A stretch of 64,000 nt of DNA from positions 5,332,001 through 5,396,000 of the forward strand of contig OZ024761.1 of assembly GCA_964016885.1 (NCBI GenBank), given 5' to 3'. A model generated the notes under the pieces. It was not told where the DNA came from. It did not search any database and saw nothing but the letters and a program-made list of their open reading frames with translations. Position 1 is the first letter of the stretch. Each line of letters opens with the position of its first letter. A program made the translations under genes and the position numbers. Of this stretch, positions 13,748 through 26,084 are shown in pieces. The DNA comes from Eledone cirrhosa. Taxonomy: Eukaryota.

Positions 13748-14225
13748 TTCCAGAGGGAAGTCTGGAATCATCGGAGCATAAGGTATGTCGAAACATGTAA
13801 CTAAAATCCTAGTCATTTAGAATATTTAGGCTACATAATTGTTATTAGTGTCAAAGGTATTATGTGGAGAGTCAGGAGTTATAAAGATGTTCTGGTTGAA
13901 AGAACACAATTACAGGCAGCACTGGTTGGAAGTGTAGGAGGTATAAGTAAAAAGCACAAGCAAAAAATCACAAGCTAAAAAACACAGGCAAAAAAGTTAT
14001 AAGCAAGGAAAATTGGTGTACAATGCAGGAGTCAATACAGTCAATAAGGCTTTTTACATATACCGCTTACACTTCCAACCAGTGCTGCCTGTAATTGTGT
14101 TCTTTCAAGCAGAACATCTTTATAACTCCTGACTCTCCACATGATGCCTTTGACACTAATAACAATTATGTACCCTAAATGTTCTAAATGACTAGGATTT
14201 TAGTTACATATTTCGACATTCCTTA

Positions 14226-14272
14226 TGCTCCGATGAATCCAGACTTCCCTCTGGAAGAAACAATTGTCAGCA
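14226..14272 (+). ncRNA. Minimal type I hammerhead ribozyme motif (CCGAUGA variant)
   Basis: tgct-CCGATGA-a[tccaga cttccc tctgga]a-GAAA-C AATT G-TC-agca: stem I, stem II, palindromic stem III and GUC cleavage triplet. Confidence 0.7.
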
Positions 14273-14811
14273 AATAAATGTTCTAAACTAAAATTTGATC
14301 GTTTTAACACTTTGTATCTCGGCTCTGTAAAACACTTGAAAATCTGCATTGAGCCTTTTGTCATACCGGTAACCGGCTAGTACTTAGTACTACCCTACAT
14401 ATTTATAGTTATATCAAACATATATAAATATTCTTATTACTATATATATATATATATATATATATAGCCTTAATAATACTGTTCTTAATTTCTGTGGTCA
14501 GGCTTCTTATGTTTAAGTTGCTTGAGGTTGTATATATCCCTAGGGAACGATATTTTATTGACCTGTCGGTGATATGTAGAAGATATTCTATATATATATA
14601 TATCCCATACAGTCATATTGAGAGTGAGTAAAAGTTGAGTGTATGTGTATATCCCATACTGTCAATGTAGTCGGCGTTAGGAAGGGCATCCAGCTGTAGA
14701 AAACCAGCCAGAAACATCCTTATATGAGTGAGACACGGTCACCCGACACAACTTGCCTCTAAATGGGATACTAAGAGTGAGAAATGAAATTTCGTTTTCA
14801 TTTTTTTTCAA

Positions 14812-14850
<39 letters not shown>

Positions 14851-14931
14851 CACCTCTCAAGAAGTCACAGCTGCTACCTGTGTATGGCATGCTTTCTTTT
14901 ACTTAAGCAATCAACATATGAAATAATTTAC

Positions 14932-15008
14932 CTGTACTCAGCTGCTGCCAGAAATGGTCTTGTCCCCTCAATGAGGGCAGATAGTGCACCAAGAGCACCT
15001 AGTCGACA
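14932..15008 (-). CDS. HEATR6: HEATR6 exon 9
   Basis: ttaccag|CRLGALGALSALIEGTRPFLAAAEY(S)|gtaaat; 77 bp, ends in phase 2. Confidence 0.9.
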
Positions 15009-15151
15009 CTGGTAAGAAAAGAAAAAAAAGGGTTTAAATGTCACCATAGCAACAATAAATTAATTTGTTTTTATGAACCAACAGGTAATAAATTAGTAGA
15101 GTCATTAAGGTGGCAGATTAAAAATGCTTCAGTATTTGTTCCAGCTCGCTG

Positions 15152-15442
15152 TAGAGGTTTGTGGCCTAGTGGTAAGGGTGTTGGACTTATGATCATAATG
15201 TTGTGGGTTCGATTCCTAGACTGGGTTGTGTGTTGTGTTCTTGAGCAAAACACTTCATTTCAGGTTGCTCCAGTATACTCAGCTGAAAATGAGTACCAGT
15301 AATTGCTGGGAGTTTAACCCTACGATGGGCTGGAGTCCTGTCCAGGGGGAAGTCTTGTAGTCTCAGTCACTTAATGCCATGGAAACCAAGATAAACACCA
15401 ACCTGATGAGCCTCATGGCATGAGACAGACTTTAGACTTTTT
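15152..15442 (+). mobile_element. tRNA-derived SINE, second family
   Basis: tggcctagtgg...ggttcgattcc head, CORE-like body, 3' part accctacgatgggctggagtcctgtccaggggg; a second copy lies on the minus strand at about 50925-51210. Confidence 0.8.
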
Positions 15443-15799
15443 AGACAGCACTCTGAGTTCAAATCCCACCATGGTCAACTCTGCCGTTCATCCAGTTGAT
15501 AAATAAAACACCAGGCCAGTACTTGGCTTCATTCTGTCTCGTCTCTATATCTCTCTCTTTCCCTCAAAGAAATCATCTGTGATACCACCTGGAATGGGAT
15601 GAACCCTGCCAAGTTTAGCCCAAGATACATCATGTGTCATAACGGCGTCCCTATGACTTTATCAACAGTTAAGGGCAATTTACTGCTGCTTTTTATATGT
15701 ACCAACATGGCAACTGATTTCTCATCTTTAAGAAATCCTACACTTCATAAGCCATCTACCTGGGTGTAATATTATCTATAGGTAGTATCACGGCCAGGT

Positions 15800-18095
15800 A
15801 GATAGTCTATTACTGTCATAGCTAGGTAGACATGTCACAGTCAGGTAGACATAGGTAGGTAGTCTATTACTGTCATAGCCAGGTAGACATGTCACAGTCA
15901 TAGCTAGGTAGACATGTCACAGTCAGGTAGACATAGGTAGGTAGTCTATTACTGTCATAGCTAGGTAGACATGTCACAGTCAGGTAGTCATAGCTAGGTA
16001 GACATGTCACAGTCAGGTAGACATAGGTAGGTAGTCTATTACTGTCATAGCTAGGTAGACATGTCACAGTCAGGTAGTCATAGCTAGGTAGACATGTCAC
16101 AGTCAGGTAGACATAGGTAGGGAGTCTATTACTGTCATAGCTAGGTGTAGTCATAGCTAGGTAGACATGTCACAGTCAGGTAGACATAGGTAGGGAGTCT
16201 ATTACTGTCATAGCTAGGTAGACATGTCACAGTCAGGTAGTCATAGCTAGGTAGACATGTCACAGTCAGGTAGACATAGGTAGGTAGTCTATTACTGTCA
16301 TAGCCAGGTAGACATGTCACAGTCAGGTAGTCATAGCTAGGTAGACATGTCACAGTCAGGTAGACATAGGTAGGTAGTCTATTACTGCCATTGCCAGGTA
16401 GACATGTCACAGTCAGGTAGTCATAGCTAGGTAGACATGTCACAGTCAGGTAGACATAGGTAGGTAGTCTATTACTGTCATAGCTAGGTAGACATGTCAC
16501 AGTCAGGTAGACATAGGTAGGTAGTCTATTACTGTCATAGCCAGGTAGACATGTCACAGTCAGGTAGTCATAGCTAGGTAGACATGTCACAGTCAGGTAG
16601 ACATAGGTAGGTAGTCTATTACTGTCATAGCTAGGTAGACATGTCACAGTCAGGTAGTCATAGCTAGGTAGACATGTCACAGTCAGGTAGACATAGGTAG
16701 GTAGTCTATTACTGCCATTGCCAGGTAGACATGTCACAGTCAGGTAGTCATAGCTAGGTAGACATGTCACAGTCAGGTAGACATAGGTAGGTAGACATGT
16801 CACAGTCAGGTAGTCATAGGTAGGTAGACATGTCACAGTCAGGTAGACATAGGTAGGTAGTCTATTACTGTCATAGCTAGGTAGACATGTCACAGTCAGG
16901 TAGTCATAGCTAGGTAGACATGTCACAGTCAGGTAGACATAGGTAGGTAGTCTATTACTGTCATAGCTAGGTAGACATGTCACAGTCAGGTAGTCATAGC
17001 TAGGTAGACATGTCACAGTCAGGTAGACATGTCAGTCAGGTAGTCATAGCCAGGTAGACATGTCACAGTCAGGTAGTCTATTACTGTCATAGCTAGGTAG
17101 ACATGTCACAGTCAGGTAGACATGTCAGTCAGGTAGACATGTCACAGACAGGTAGACATAGGTAGGTAGTCTATTACTGTCATAGCTAGGTAGACATGTC
17201 ACAGTCAGGTAGTCTAGCTAGGTAGACATGTCACAGTCAGGTAGACATAGGTAGGTAGTCTATTACTGTCATAGCTAGGTAGACATGTCACAGTCAGGTA
17301 GTCATAGCTAGGTAGACATGTCACAGTCAGGTAGACATAGGTAGGTAGTCTATTACTGTCATAGCTAGGTAGACATGTCACAGTCAGGTAGACATAGGTA
17401 GGTAGTCTATTACTGTCATAGCCAGGTAGACATGTCAGTCAGGTAGTCATAGCTAGGTAGACATGTCACAGTCAGGTAGACATAGGTAGGTAGTCTATTA
17501 CTGTCATAGCCAGGTAGACATGTCACAGTCAGGTAGTCATAGCTAGGTAGACATGTCACAGTCAGGTAGTCATAGCTAGGTAGACATGTCACAGTCAGGT
17601 AGACATGTCACAGTCAGGTAGACATAGGTAGGTAGTCTATTACTGTCATAGCTAGGTAGACATGTCACAGTCAGGTAGTCATAGCCAGGTAGACATGTCA
17701 CAGTCAGGTAGACATAGGTAGGTAGTCTATTACTGTCATAGCTAGGTAGACATGTTACAGTCAGGTAGTCATAGCTAGGTAGACATGTCACAGTCAGGTA
17801 GACATAGGTAGGTAGTCTATTACTGTCATAGCTAGGTAGACATGTTACAGTCAGGTAGTCATAGCCAGGTAGACATGTCACAGTCAGGTAGACATAGGTA
17901 GGTAGTCTATTACTGTCATAGCTAGGTAGACATGTTACAGTCAGGTAGTCATAGCTAGGTAGACATGTCACAGTGAGGTAGACATAGGTAGGTAGTCTAT
18001 TACTGTCATAGCTAGGTAGACATGTCACAGTCAGGTAGACATAGGTAGGTAGTCTATTACTGTCATAGCTAGGTAGACATGTCACAGTCAGGTAG
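15800..18095. repeat. Higher-order minisatellite
   Basis: Modules aggtagacatgtcacagtc, gtctattactgtcatagct and aggtagacataggt. Confidence 0.95.
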
Positions 18096-18193
18096 GTAGT
18101 GAGAAGTATATAAACAGGTAGACAGTGTAGTATAAGGTAGATAGGCAGGTAGACAGTGTCTTATATCTCAGTAGACAGTGTAGTATGAGGTAG

Positions 18194-19041
18194 ATTATGG
18201 TGAGGATGATATGGTTACCTTTGGTGATGGGTCACGTAAGATTATGGTGAGGATGATATGGTTACCTTTGGTGATGGGTCACGTAAGATTATGGTGAGGA
18301 TGATATGGTTACCTTTGGTGATGGGTCACGTAAGATTATGGTGAGGATGATATGGTTACCTTTGGTGATGGGTCACGTAAGATTATGGTGAGGATGATAT
18401 GGTTACCTTTGGTGATGGGTCACGTAAGATTATGGTGAGGATGATATGGTTACCTTTGGTGATGGGTCACGTAAGATTATGGTGAGGATGATATGGTTAC
18501 CTTTGGTGATGGGTCACGTAAGATTATGGTGAGGATGATATGGTTACCTTTGGTGATGGGTCACGTAAGATTATGGTGAGGATGATATGGTTACCTTTGG
18601 TGATGGGTCACGTAAGATTATGGTGAGGATGATATGGTTACCTTTGGTGATGGGTCACGTAAGATTATGGTGAGGATGATATGGTTACCTTTGGTGATGG
18701 GTCACGTAAGATTATGGTGAGGATGATATGGTTACCTTTGGTGATGGGGTCACGTAAGATTATGGTGAGGATGATATGGTTACCTTTGGTGATGGGTCAC
18801 GTAAGATTATGGTGAGGATGATATGGTTACCTTTGGTGATGGGTCACGTAAGATTATGGTGAGGATGATATGGTTACCTTTGGTGATGGGTCACGTAAGA
18901 TTATGGTGAGGATGATATGGTTACCTTTGGTGATGGGTCACGTAAGATTATGGTGAGGATGATATGGTTACCTTTGGTGATGGGTCACGTAAGATTATGG
19001 TGAGGATGATATGGTTACCTTTGGTGATGGGTCACGTAAGA
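18194..19041. repeat. 47-bp minisatellite spanning the HEATR6 exon 8 donor
   Basis: (attatggtgaggatgatatggttacctttggtgatgggtcacgtaag) about 18 copies. Confidence 0.95.
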
Positions 19042-19141
19042 CTATGGCCAAGATGGAGCGGACATGTTGAGGATTTCCAGCAATGTGAATATCAGGAACA
19101 AAACACATCCAGTAACCAAATATGACTTTACGATCTGTAAA
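19019..19141 (-). CDS. HEATR6: HEATR6 exon 8 (DUF4042 region)
   Basis: tatcag|FTDRKVIFGYWMCFVPDIHIAGNPQHVRSILAIVLRDPSPK|gtaacc; GYW..F.PD and DPSPK motifs. Confidence 0.93.
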
Positions 19142-19149
19142 CTGATAGA

Positions 19150-19822
<673 letters not shown>

Positions 19823-20888
19823 GATAACTCTTTAGGTTAACCTTTTCACTACTGAAATATTTAAATTAACAAATCTGTTTCAGATATTTTCTATTAAATC
19901 ATTTCAGTATGTTAAGAATTAATCCTTTAGCATTTACATTACTCTATATATACTATTGTATTTTCACAGTAAAGGCTTTACCTCACATAATATCTCACAT
20001 AACATTTACATTACTCTATATATACTATTGTATTTTCACAGTAAAGGCTTTACCTCACATAACATTTACATTACTCTATATATACTATTGTATTTTCACA
20101 GTAAAGGCTTTACCTCACATAACATTTACATTACTCTATATATACTATTGTATTTTCACAGTAAAGGCTTTACCTCACATAACATTTACATTACTCTATA
20201 TATACTATTGTATTTTCATGGTAAAGGCTTTACCTCACATAGCATTTACATTACTCTATATATACTATTGTATTTTCACAGTAAAGGCTTTACCTCACAT
20301 AATATCTCACATAACATTTACATTACTCTATATATACTATTGTATTTTCACAGTAAAGGCTTTACCTCACATAATATCTCGCATAACATTTACATTACTC
20401 TATATATACTATTGTATTTTCACAGTAAAGACTTTACCTCACATACTATCTCACATAACATTTACATTACTCTATATATACTATTGTATTTTCACGGTAA
20501 AGACTTTACCTCACATACTATCTCACATAACATTTACATTACTCTATATATACTATTGTATTTTCACGGTAAAGGCTTTACCTCACATAATATCTCACAT
20601 AACATTTACATTACTCTATATATACTATTGTATTTTCACGGTAAAGGCTTTACCTCACATAATATCTCACATAACATCTCGTATACGAGAGACGTGTGTT
20701 GACGTGTGTGAACAAGCTCGGCTACCGAGTCGGATTTACTTACTCAAAAAGTGAGTTTTGATTAATTTTTTTATACTGTAATATACGTTAACCCCTTGCC
20801 TTGGTCGTCAAACTTTGAGTTTATTTATTTTCGCCCCTTTTTGGGGCGAATTTTCCAGTTAAAAATTTATTACGGCAAACTAATAGAA

Positions 20889-22625
20889 ATGGACGGAATT
20901 TTCACATCTCATCCTAACGTGAAAGCCACGCCCCCTAAGAAAGGTGATACAGAGAAGCTAGAAGCACAAGGCTCTAAGTCTTCCCTCCTCACTTCTGCAA
21001 AAGAAACATGGAACACGGAATTAAAAGAAAAATTTGTAGAAATGGGTGAAAACCCAGAAAGTCACATAAACGCAGACAAAAACATCAACGACAATAACAG
21101 CAATAGTCACAACACCAACCAAGGAAAAAATAACGATAACACCAAACAAAGTGAACCCACTACTGGTACCTCCTTTGCACAGGCGGTCCGGAAAACACAA
21201 ACCTGCAAGCAACTGGACATTACAACTCTGAGAGAAAAGATGAAGGAAGCGAAACAGTATGTAACTTTCAAAGAAGGAGGAGACTTCACAATCACCTCCC
21301 CACAAGAAATCAAAAGAGACACGACGCTAAGAACGATATCTTTCAGAACAATTTCCAACATAACAAGGAAACCAACTCAATTATCCCAAAAAGAGATTGA
21401 GCTGGTCCTAAAAAATGTGTGGAGTGATATATCGTTCATACAAAAAGGGCCACTCTATGGGAATATAACGGTCCTAATGAAGGATCAATTGACGGCCAGG
21501 AAATACTCTGTGGCACCAATTGTTTCCAAGATATATACATTTTTCCCCACATATTTAGGGAAAAGAACGCAGAAGATAAGGGTCTCCGGAATCCGGCCAA
21601 ATGCATGCATTTCCTGGGTACTAACAGGATTTTTAGAAGACGAGGACGGAATCCTCTCAGTAGGAGAAGTCACCACAGACGTTTTCGGCGGTTTGAGCGT
21701 GGAGGTTCTGGTCCAAATGAGACCAGAACGAATCGCTAGAATACCACAGAGGGTGTCCCTCGATGGAGAAACATTTATATATATTTCAGCCGAGGGTAGG
21801 AGGCCCATATGTTACTACTGTTCAAGCAGGGGTCATCTAAGGGCTGCTTGTCCTCAATTGACAAAAAAAAAGGCTCTTTTGCCTACACCCCACACACCAC
21901 CACCGCCACCACCACCACCACCTCCACCACCACCACCACAACAACAACAAAAACAACAGGGAAAAATAACACAAGACACGGCCCCACCCAAAACAACTAC
22001 CAAAACACACACAAATACAACAAAACCCCAAAATACACCACTACCCGACAGCACGGACGAGGACCCAGCGGAAACGGCACCTAGTGACGAAGAGGGGGAA
22101 CCCTTCCAACCTGTAAAAAGGAAAAAAAGAAAGCACCACTCGAACATAAACGAAACAAACACACAACCACCAACAAAAACAAAACAAACAGAACAAACAA
22201 AATCCGCCCCACCCCAAAACATAACACATACAACAAAACGTAAGCACACACAAGAACAACAAACAAACACAACACAAATAAAACAGTATACATACATTAA
22301 CACAAATAACAAAGAACTAGTAAAAACAATACACAAAGACCCTTTGGTGGAAACTGAAGGGCAATTCTTTGCAAGCGCGGCCAACAAACCGCATTTAAAA
22401 ATGATAAGACTCCCAATGGACACCTATGCAAAACTAAGAGAGAACTTTCCTGAGGACGTGGGGAAAACATGTACTCGACCCTATAACCGCGTCCTCTTGA
22501 AACGTTTCCCCACCCACACCTCACCAAACACCCCCACTCCACCACAGAACAACACCCCACCAAACAACCCCTCCAATACGCCCATGGATATTGTGCAACC
22601 TGCTCCTCAGGAGCCGAACAGGTAG
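20889..22625 (+). CDS. LINE ORF1 (gag-like, CCHC zinc knuckle)
   Basis: First ATG at 20889; CYYCSSRGHLRAAC knuckle; Pro/Thr/Gln-rich C-terminal half with KRKKRK. Confidence 0.88.
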   Translation: MDGIFTSHPNVKATPPKKGDTEKLEAQGSKSSLLTSAKETWNTELKEKFVEMGENPESHINADKNINDNNSNSHNTNQGKNNDNTKQSEPTTGTSFAQAVRKTQTCKQLDITTLREKMKEAKQYVTFKEGGDFTITSPQEIKRDTTLRTISFRTISNITRKPTQLSQKEIELVLKNVWSDISFIQKGPLYGNITVLMKDQLTARKYSVAPIVSKIYTFFPTYLGKRTQKIRVSGIRPNACISWVLTGFLEDEDGILSVGEVTTDVFGGLSVEVLVQMRPERIARIPQRVSLDGETFIYISAEGRRPICYYCSSRGHLRAACPQLTKKKALLPTPHTPPPPPPPPPPPPPPQQQQKQQGKITQDTAPPKTTTKTHTNTTKPQNTPLPDSTDEDPAETAPSDEEGEPFQPVKRKKRKHHSNINETNTQPPTKTKQTEQTKSAPPQNITHTTKRKHTQEQQTNTTQIKQYTYINTNNKELVKTIHKDPLVETEGQFFASAANKPHLKMIRLPMDTYAKLRENFPEDVGKTCTRPYNRVLLKRFPTHTSPNTPTPPQNNTPPNNPSNTPMDIVQPAPQEPNR

Positions 22626-22646
22626 GTCCTTCCTCTTTTAACCAAC

Positions 22647-25600
22647 ATGGCTGATATAAGAGTTGGGTTTCTGAATGTACGTGGCCTGGGACTGTCTTGG
22701 AAACAAGGCAAACTTTTAAACGATCTCAGGTCACATAGAATGGATGTAATGGCTATTTGCGAGTCCAGGATCAGCAGCGAGCACCAACTGGCGCCCCTCT
22801 TCGACGACTTTGAGATCTTCGCATCTCTCTGTCAACCGGGGGGTGGGGGTGGAGTTGTCGTTCTGCTGCGAAAACACCTGGGCCTCGCCATACAGAAGGT
22901 GCACCTGGACCCGGAGGGTCGACTGGTGGTTTTAGACGTCGGCAGTAGTGAAAGTGGAGCCCTTAGACTAATAGCTGTGTACGCCCCTTTTTGGGCAGCG
23001 CGGCCGGAATACTTCCAACGTCTGGAAACTTTTCTGGGAACGTCCCGCTCCTTGCTTTTAGTGGGGGACTGGAATGGTATCCTGGATGCACGTTGGGACT
23101 ATGTAGGGGCATGTGCCAATAGAGGGGGGTGTAAAAGCCTCAAAAGGTTAATCGGCCGATTTGACCTGGCCGATAGATATCGACTAGATTTTCCGACTGT
23201 ACCACTATGGACGTGGACCAATCGCAGTGGAACATCTAGGTCATACCTAGATAGGGTCCTAGTTAGAGAGAACGATAGGGACACATTTAGCTGTCCAAAA
23301 ATGTTCATGGTTGACTATTCGGATCACAAGTTAGTGACCTGCATAGCCAACCTTGATAGAACCCATAGACAGGGACCCGGTTACTGGAAGCTGAACTTGT
23401 CCTTACCGAGAAGCAAAGCTTACAGTAAACGGATTAGCACGTTAGTTAAGCAGAATTTGACAGGGGCAATTGTCAACAACAGGTGGTGGAGCTCTCTTAA
23501 GAGAGCAATTAGAATAGAATCGATAGGTTTTAGTCAGGAATTAGCAAGGGATAGGAACAAGACGGAAAGGGAATTAGTAGATAGAGTAGAAGAGGCGATT
23601 AGGAGTGGCAATGTAGCCGGCGTGCTGGCATCAAGAATGGCCTTAGACCAGTTCTTTGAGGTGAAGCATGAAGGCTGCGTTGTCAGGAGTAAAATACGTG
23701 CTCTGGGTAATGAGGGAGCCAAAGCTGTAAGCTGGGCCCGAGTGACAGAGGCAAAAAGTGGGAACAAGTCCACGATTCGGTCTTTGAAGGACCAGGATGG
23801 GCGTGTGATCCTTGAACCTGGGCAGATGTGTGCGGCCTTTCAGCGGCACTTTGCACGACTGTTCGAGAGGGGCGGCGCGCCGGGTGAGACTATGGATTTC
23901 AATCCATACCTCGACGGTCTGCCGCGCCTCTCGGACGCGGAGGCGAAGTCCTGCGAAAGGACGATTTCAGCTGCTGAGATAGGGGCGGCGCTGAGCCAAT
24001 GCGGCAAACGCAAATCCCCGGGTCTCGATGGTCTACCATACGAGCTATATGTAGCGATGCCGGACTTGTTCTCCGATATCCTCGAAGCGGTCTACTGCAA
24101 CTGGCAGCAGAACGGGAGAATTCCCAGTTCTGTGACCAAGGGCGTAGTTACGCTGGTGAGGAAGGATGAGAACAAGGGGGATGACATAAGTAACTTTAGG
24201 CCCATAACTCTGCTAAATACAGAGTTAAAGATTTTGGCCAAGGTGTTAGCGAAGAGGTTGGCGCTTGTCGTTGGAAACCTGGTGGGAGAAGCGCAGACAT
24301 GCGCAATCCCGTCCAGGTCCATTCACGACAATCTCCACCTTATGCGATACATCATAGAGAGGGTAGGGAATGAACCCGGCTTTGGTGGGGCCCTGATCAA
24401 CTTGGATCAATCTAAAGCTTTCGATAGGGTTGACCATCGTTACCTGGATGCGGTGCTCGCGGCGGCAGGCTTCGGACCCGTTTTCAGGGGTTGGATTGCT
24501 GCGATGCACAGCAGCAACGTCTGCTCAAGGGTCAAGGTGAACGGCCACCTCTCGGAGCCGTTCCAAATCATGCGATCCATCCGACAGGGATGCCCTCTCT
24601 CCTCCCTACTGTATGTGCTGGCTCTTGAGCCACTACTGCGGAAGTTGGAGCGGTTGCAGGGCATCCCTTTGGAACCGGGATTGCAGAAAGCGGCGTCGGC
24701 CTACGCCGATGACGTGACAGTAATGGTGTCGAAAACCTCGCAAATCGGTGAGATCGGCACCTTACTGGAGGAATATGAAAGGTTTACAGGAGCCAAGCTG
24801 AACCGGGACAAGTCCGTCGGTTTGCAACTCGGAACATGGAGAGGCAAACCGATGCCCTCCAACGACGTCGTCGGACGCTGGACGGAGGGCCCGGTGAAGC
24901 TGCTTGGGGTCTGGTTCGGACCAGACCTCCAGGTGGAGAAAAACTGGAACGAGGTAACGGCCAGGGTGTTTGCACTCACCCAGAAGTGGGCCCAGTGCAA
25001 ACTATCCCTGAAAGGTCGAGCGGAGGTGGCGAATACTTATATAGCATCCGTCATCTACTACCGCTTGACCGTCGTGCCTTGCCCAGTGAAAAGACTCGCC
25101 AAAATGGAGTGCGCGCTGTTCCAATTTCTTTGGAACAAGCGGACCCCTTTGGTGAGGAGATCCATCTGCTGTCAACACCCTTCGAAAGGAGGGCTGGGGA
25201 TGCCGTGGCTACAGATGCGTAAACACGCATTAAGGCTACGGCACCTCCAGGTATTCCTCACCGGTCAACCGGTGTGGGCCCCGTTTGTGAGGCGAGCCTT
25301 TCCCAGACTCGTCTCGCTCACCGAGCTGCAATCCTGGGTCAAGCAAAGACCGAGAAAAGTGGGCGACTGGCACATTGAATGTGCCCAGGCGCTCACGGCC
25401 CTCTGGAAAGCGGATCCGGCAATCAGTGGAGACTCCACCTCGACATTCTATAGAGGGTTGGTACGCAGCAGGTGCGACGATGCTCTCGGAGAAGCTCTAG
25501 GCATGGAGGAAGATGAACTGGCCAGTCTGTTCGGTAGGACGTTTGGCCCTGGACCGATGGACAACTTCCAAAAGTCCCTGGCTTGGCAGTGCTACCGAGG

Positions 25601-26084
25601 GGCTCTACCCGTTCGAGACAAGCTCCACAGACATGGGAGCCTGGGTAGAGATCCTTTGAATAAGATCTGTCCGAGATGCGTGCATGATGACGAAACCGTT
25701 GCGCACGCATTCGTACACTGCCCAGGCATTGCTGACCTGTGGGGCTATGTGGAACGACTACTGTCGAGGGTGGGACCAATCCGGTTGACCACCGAGTCCA
25801 TTGTCACGATCAAACCGCCTCCCCCTTTCAAAAACGAAGGAGAGGCGGTTTTTCTCTGTGTGGTAGCCATGGCTAAAGAAGTTGTATGGTGGACGAGGCT
25901 GAAAGGGCTGAGGTCAGACACCTTTCTCTCCGGCCAACAACTGGTCCCCTTTTTCAAATACCATTTTAAAAGAAGGATCAGAATGGAGAGAGAGGTGCTC
26001 TACCCCAGCAAGTTTTATGAAAGGTGGGTGAAAGTAGGGAGAATGGCCAGAGTGAATGGGTCTTCTCTCTATATCAGCCTGTAG
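22647..26084 (+). CDS. LINE ORF2 (APE endonuclease, reverse transcriptase, C-terminal zinc motif)
   Basis: LNVRGL, GDWNG, SYLDR and SDH (APE); KSPGLDG, FRPITLLN, DQSKAFDRV, IRQGCPLS and YADD (RT); CPRC...ETVAHAFVHC; 1145 aa with no stops. Confidence 0.96.
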   Translation: MADIRVGFLNVRGLGLSWKQGKLLNDLRSHRMDVMAICESRISSEHQLAPLFDDFEIFASLCQPGGGGGVVVLLRKHLGLAIQKVHLDPEGRLVVLDVGSSESGALRLIAVYAPFWAARPEYFQRLETFLGTSRSLLLVGDWNGILDARWDYVGACANRGGCKSLKRLIGRFDLADRYRLDFPTVPLWTWTNRSGTSRSYLDRVLVRENDRDTFSCPKMFMVDYSDHKLVTCIANLDRTHRQGPGYWKLNLSLPRSKAYSKRISTLVKQNLTGAIVNNRWWSSLKRAIRIESIGFSQELARDRNKTERELVDRVEEAIRSGNVAGVLASRMALDQFFEVKHEGCVVRSKIRALGNEGAKAVSWARVTEAKSGNKSTIRSLKDQDGRVILEPGQMCAAFQRHFARLFERGGAPGETMDFNPYLDGLPRLSDAEAKSCERTISAAEIGAALSQCGKRKSPGLDGLPYELYVAMPDLFSDILEAVYCNWQQNGRIPSSVTKGVVTLVRKDENKGDDISNFRPITLLNTELKILAKVLAKRLALVVGNLVGEAQTCAIPSRSIHDNLHLMRYIIERVGNEPGFGGALINLDQSKAFDRVDHRYLDAVLAAAGFGPVFRGWIAAMHSSNVCSRVKVNGHLSEPFQIMRSIRQGCPLSSLLYVLALEPLLRKLERLQGIPLEPGLQKAASAYADDVTVMVSKTSQIGEIGTLLEEYERFTGAKLNRDKSVGLQLGTWRGKPMPSNDVVGRWTEGPVKLLGVWFGPDLQVEKNWNEVTARVFALTQKWAQCKLSLKGRAEVANTYIASVIYYRLTVVPCPVKRLAKMECALFQFLWNKRTPLVRRSICCQHPSKGGLGMPWLQMRKHALRLRHLQVFLTGQPVWAPFVRRAFPRLVSLTELQSWVKQRPRKVGDWHIECAQALTALWKADPAISGDSTSTFYRGLVRSRCDDALGEALGMEEDELASLFGRTFGPGPMDNFQKSLAWQCYRGALPVRDKLHRHGSLGRDPLNKICPRCVHDDETVAHAFVHCPGIADLWGYVERLLSRVGPIRLTTESIVTIKPPPPFKNEGEAVFLCVVAMAKEVVWWTRLKGLRSDTFLSGQQLVPFFKYHFKRRIRMEREVLYPSKFYERWVKVGRMARVNGSSLYISL

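Larger units (their letters stand above)
11447..14315. mobile_element. Foldback element with about 270-bp inverted arms (Penelope pLTR-like); left arm split by the hAT
   Basis: 11447-11514 joined to 13756-13955 is the reverse complement of about 14048-14315; flanked by (TA)n; carries a hammerhead motif. Confidence 0.75.

Noticed and set aside
15040-15053. RFX X-box GTCACCATAGCAAC (similar motif near 47192)
   Set aside because: Deep in HEATR6 introns and far from the TUBD1 start; a single motif is not enough evidence.
15395-15430. CTGATGA-gcc tcat ggc as a hammerhead
   Set aside because: No following GAAA core; it is part of the SINE 3' region.
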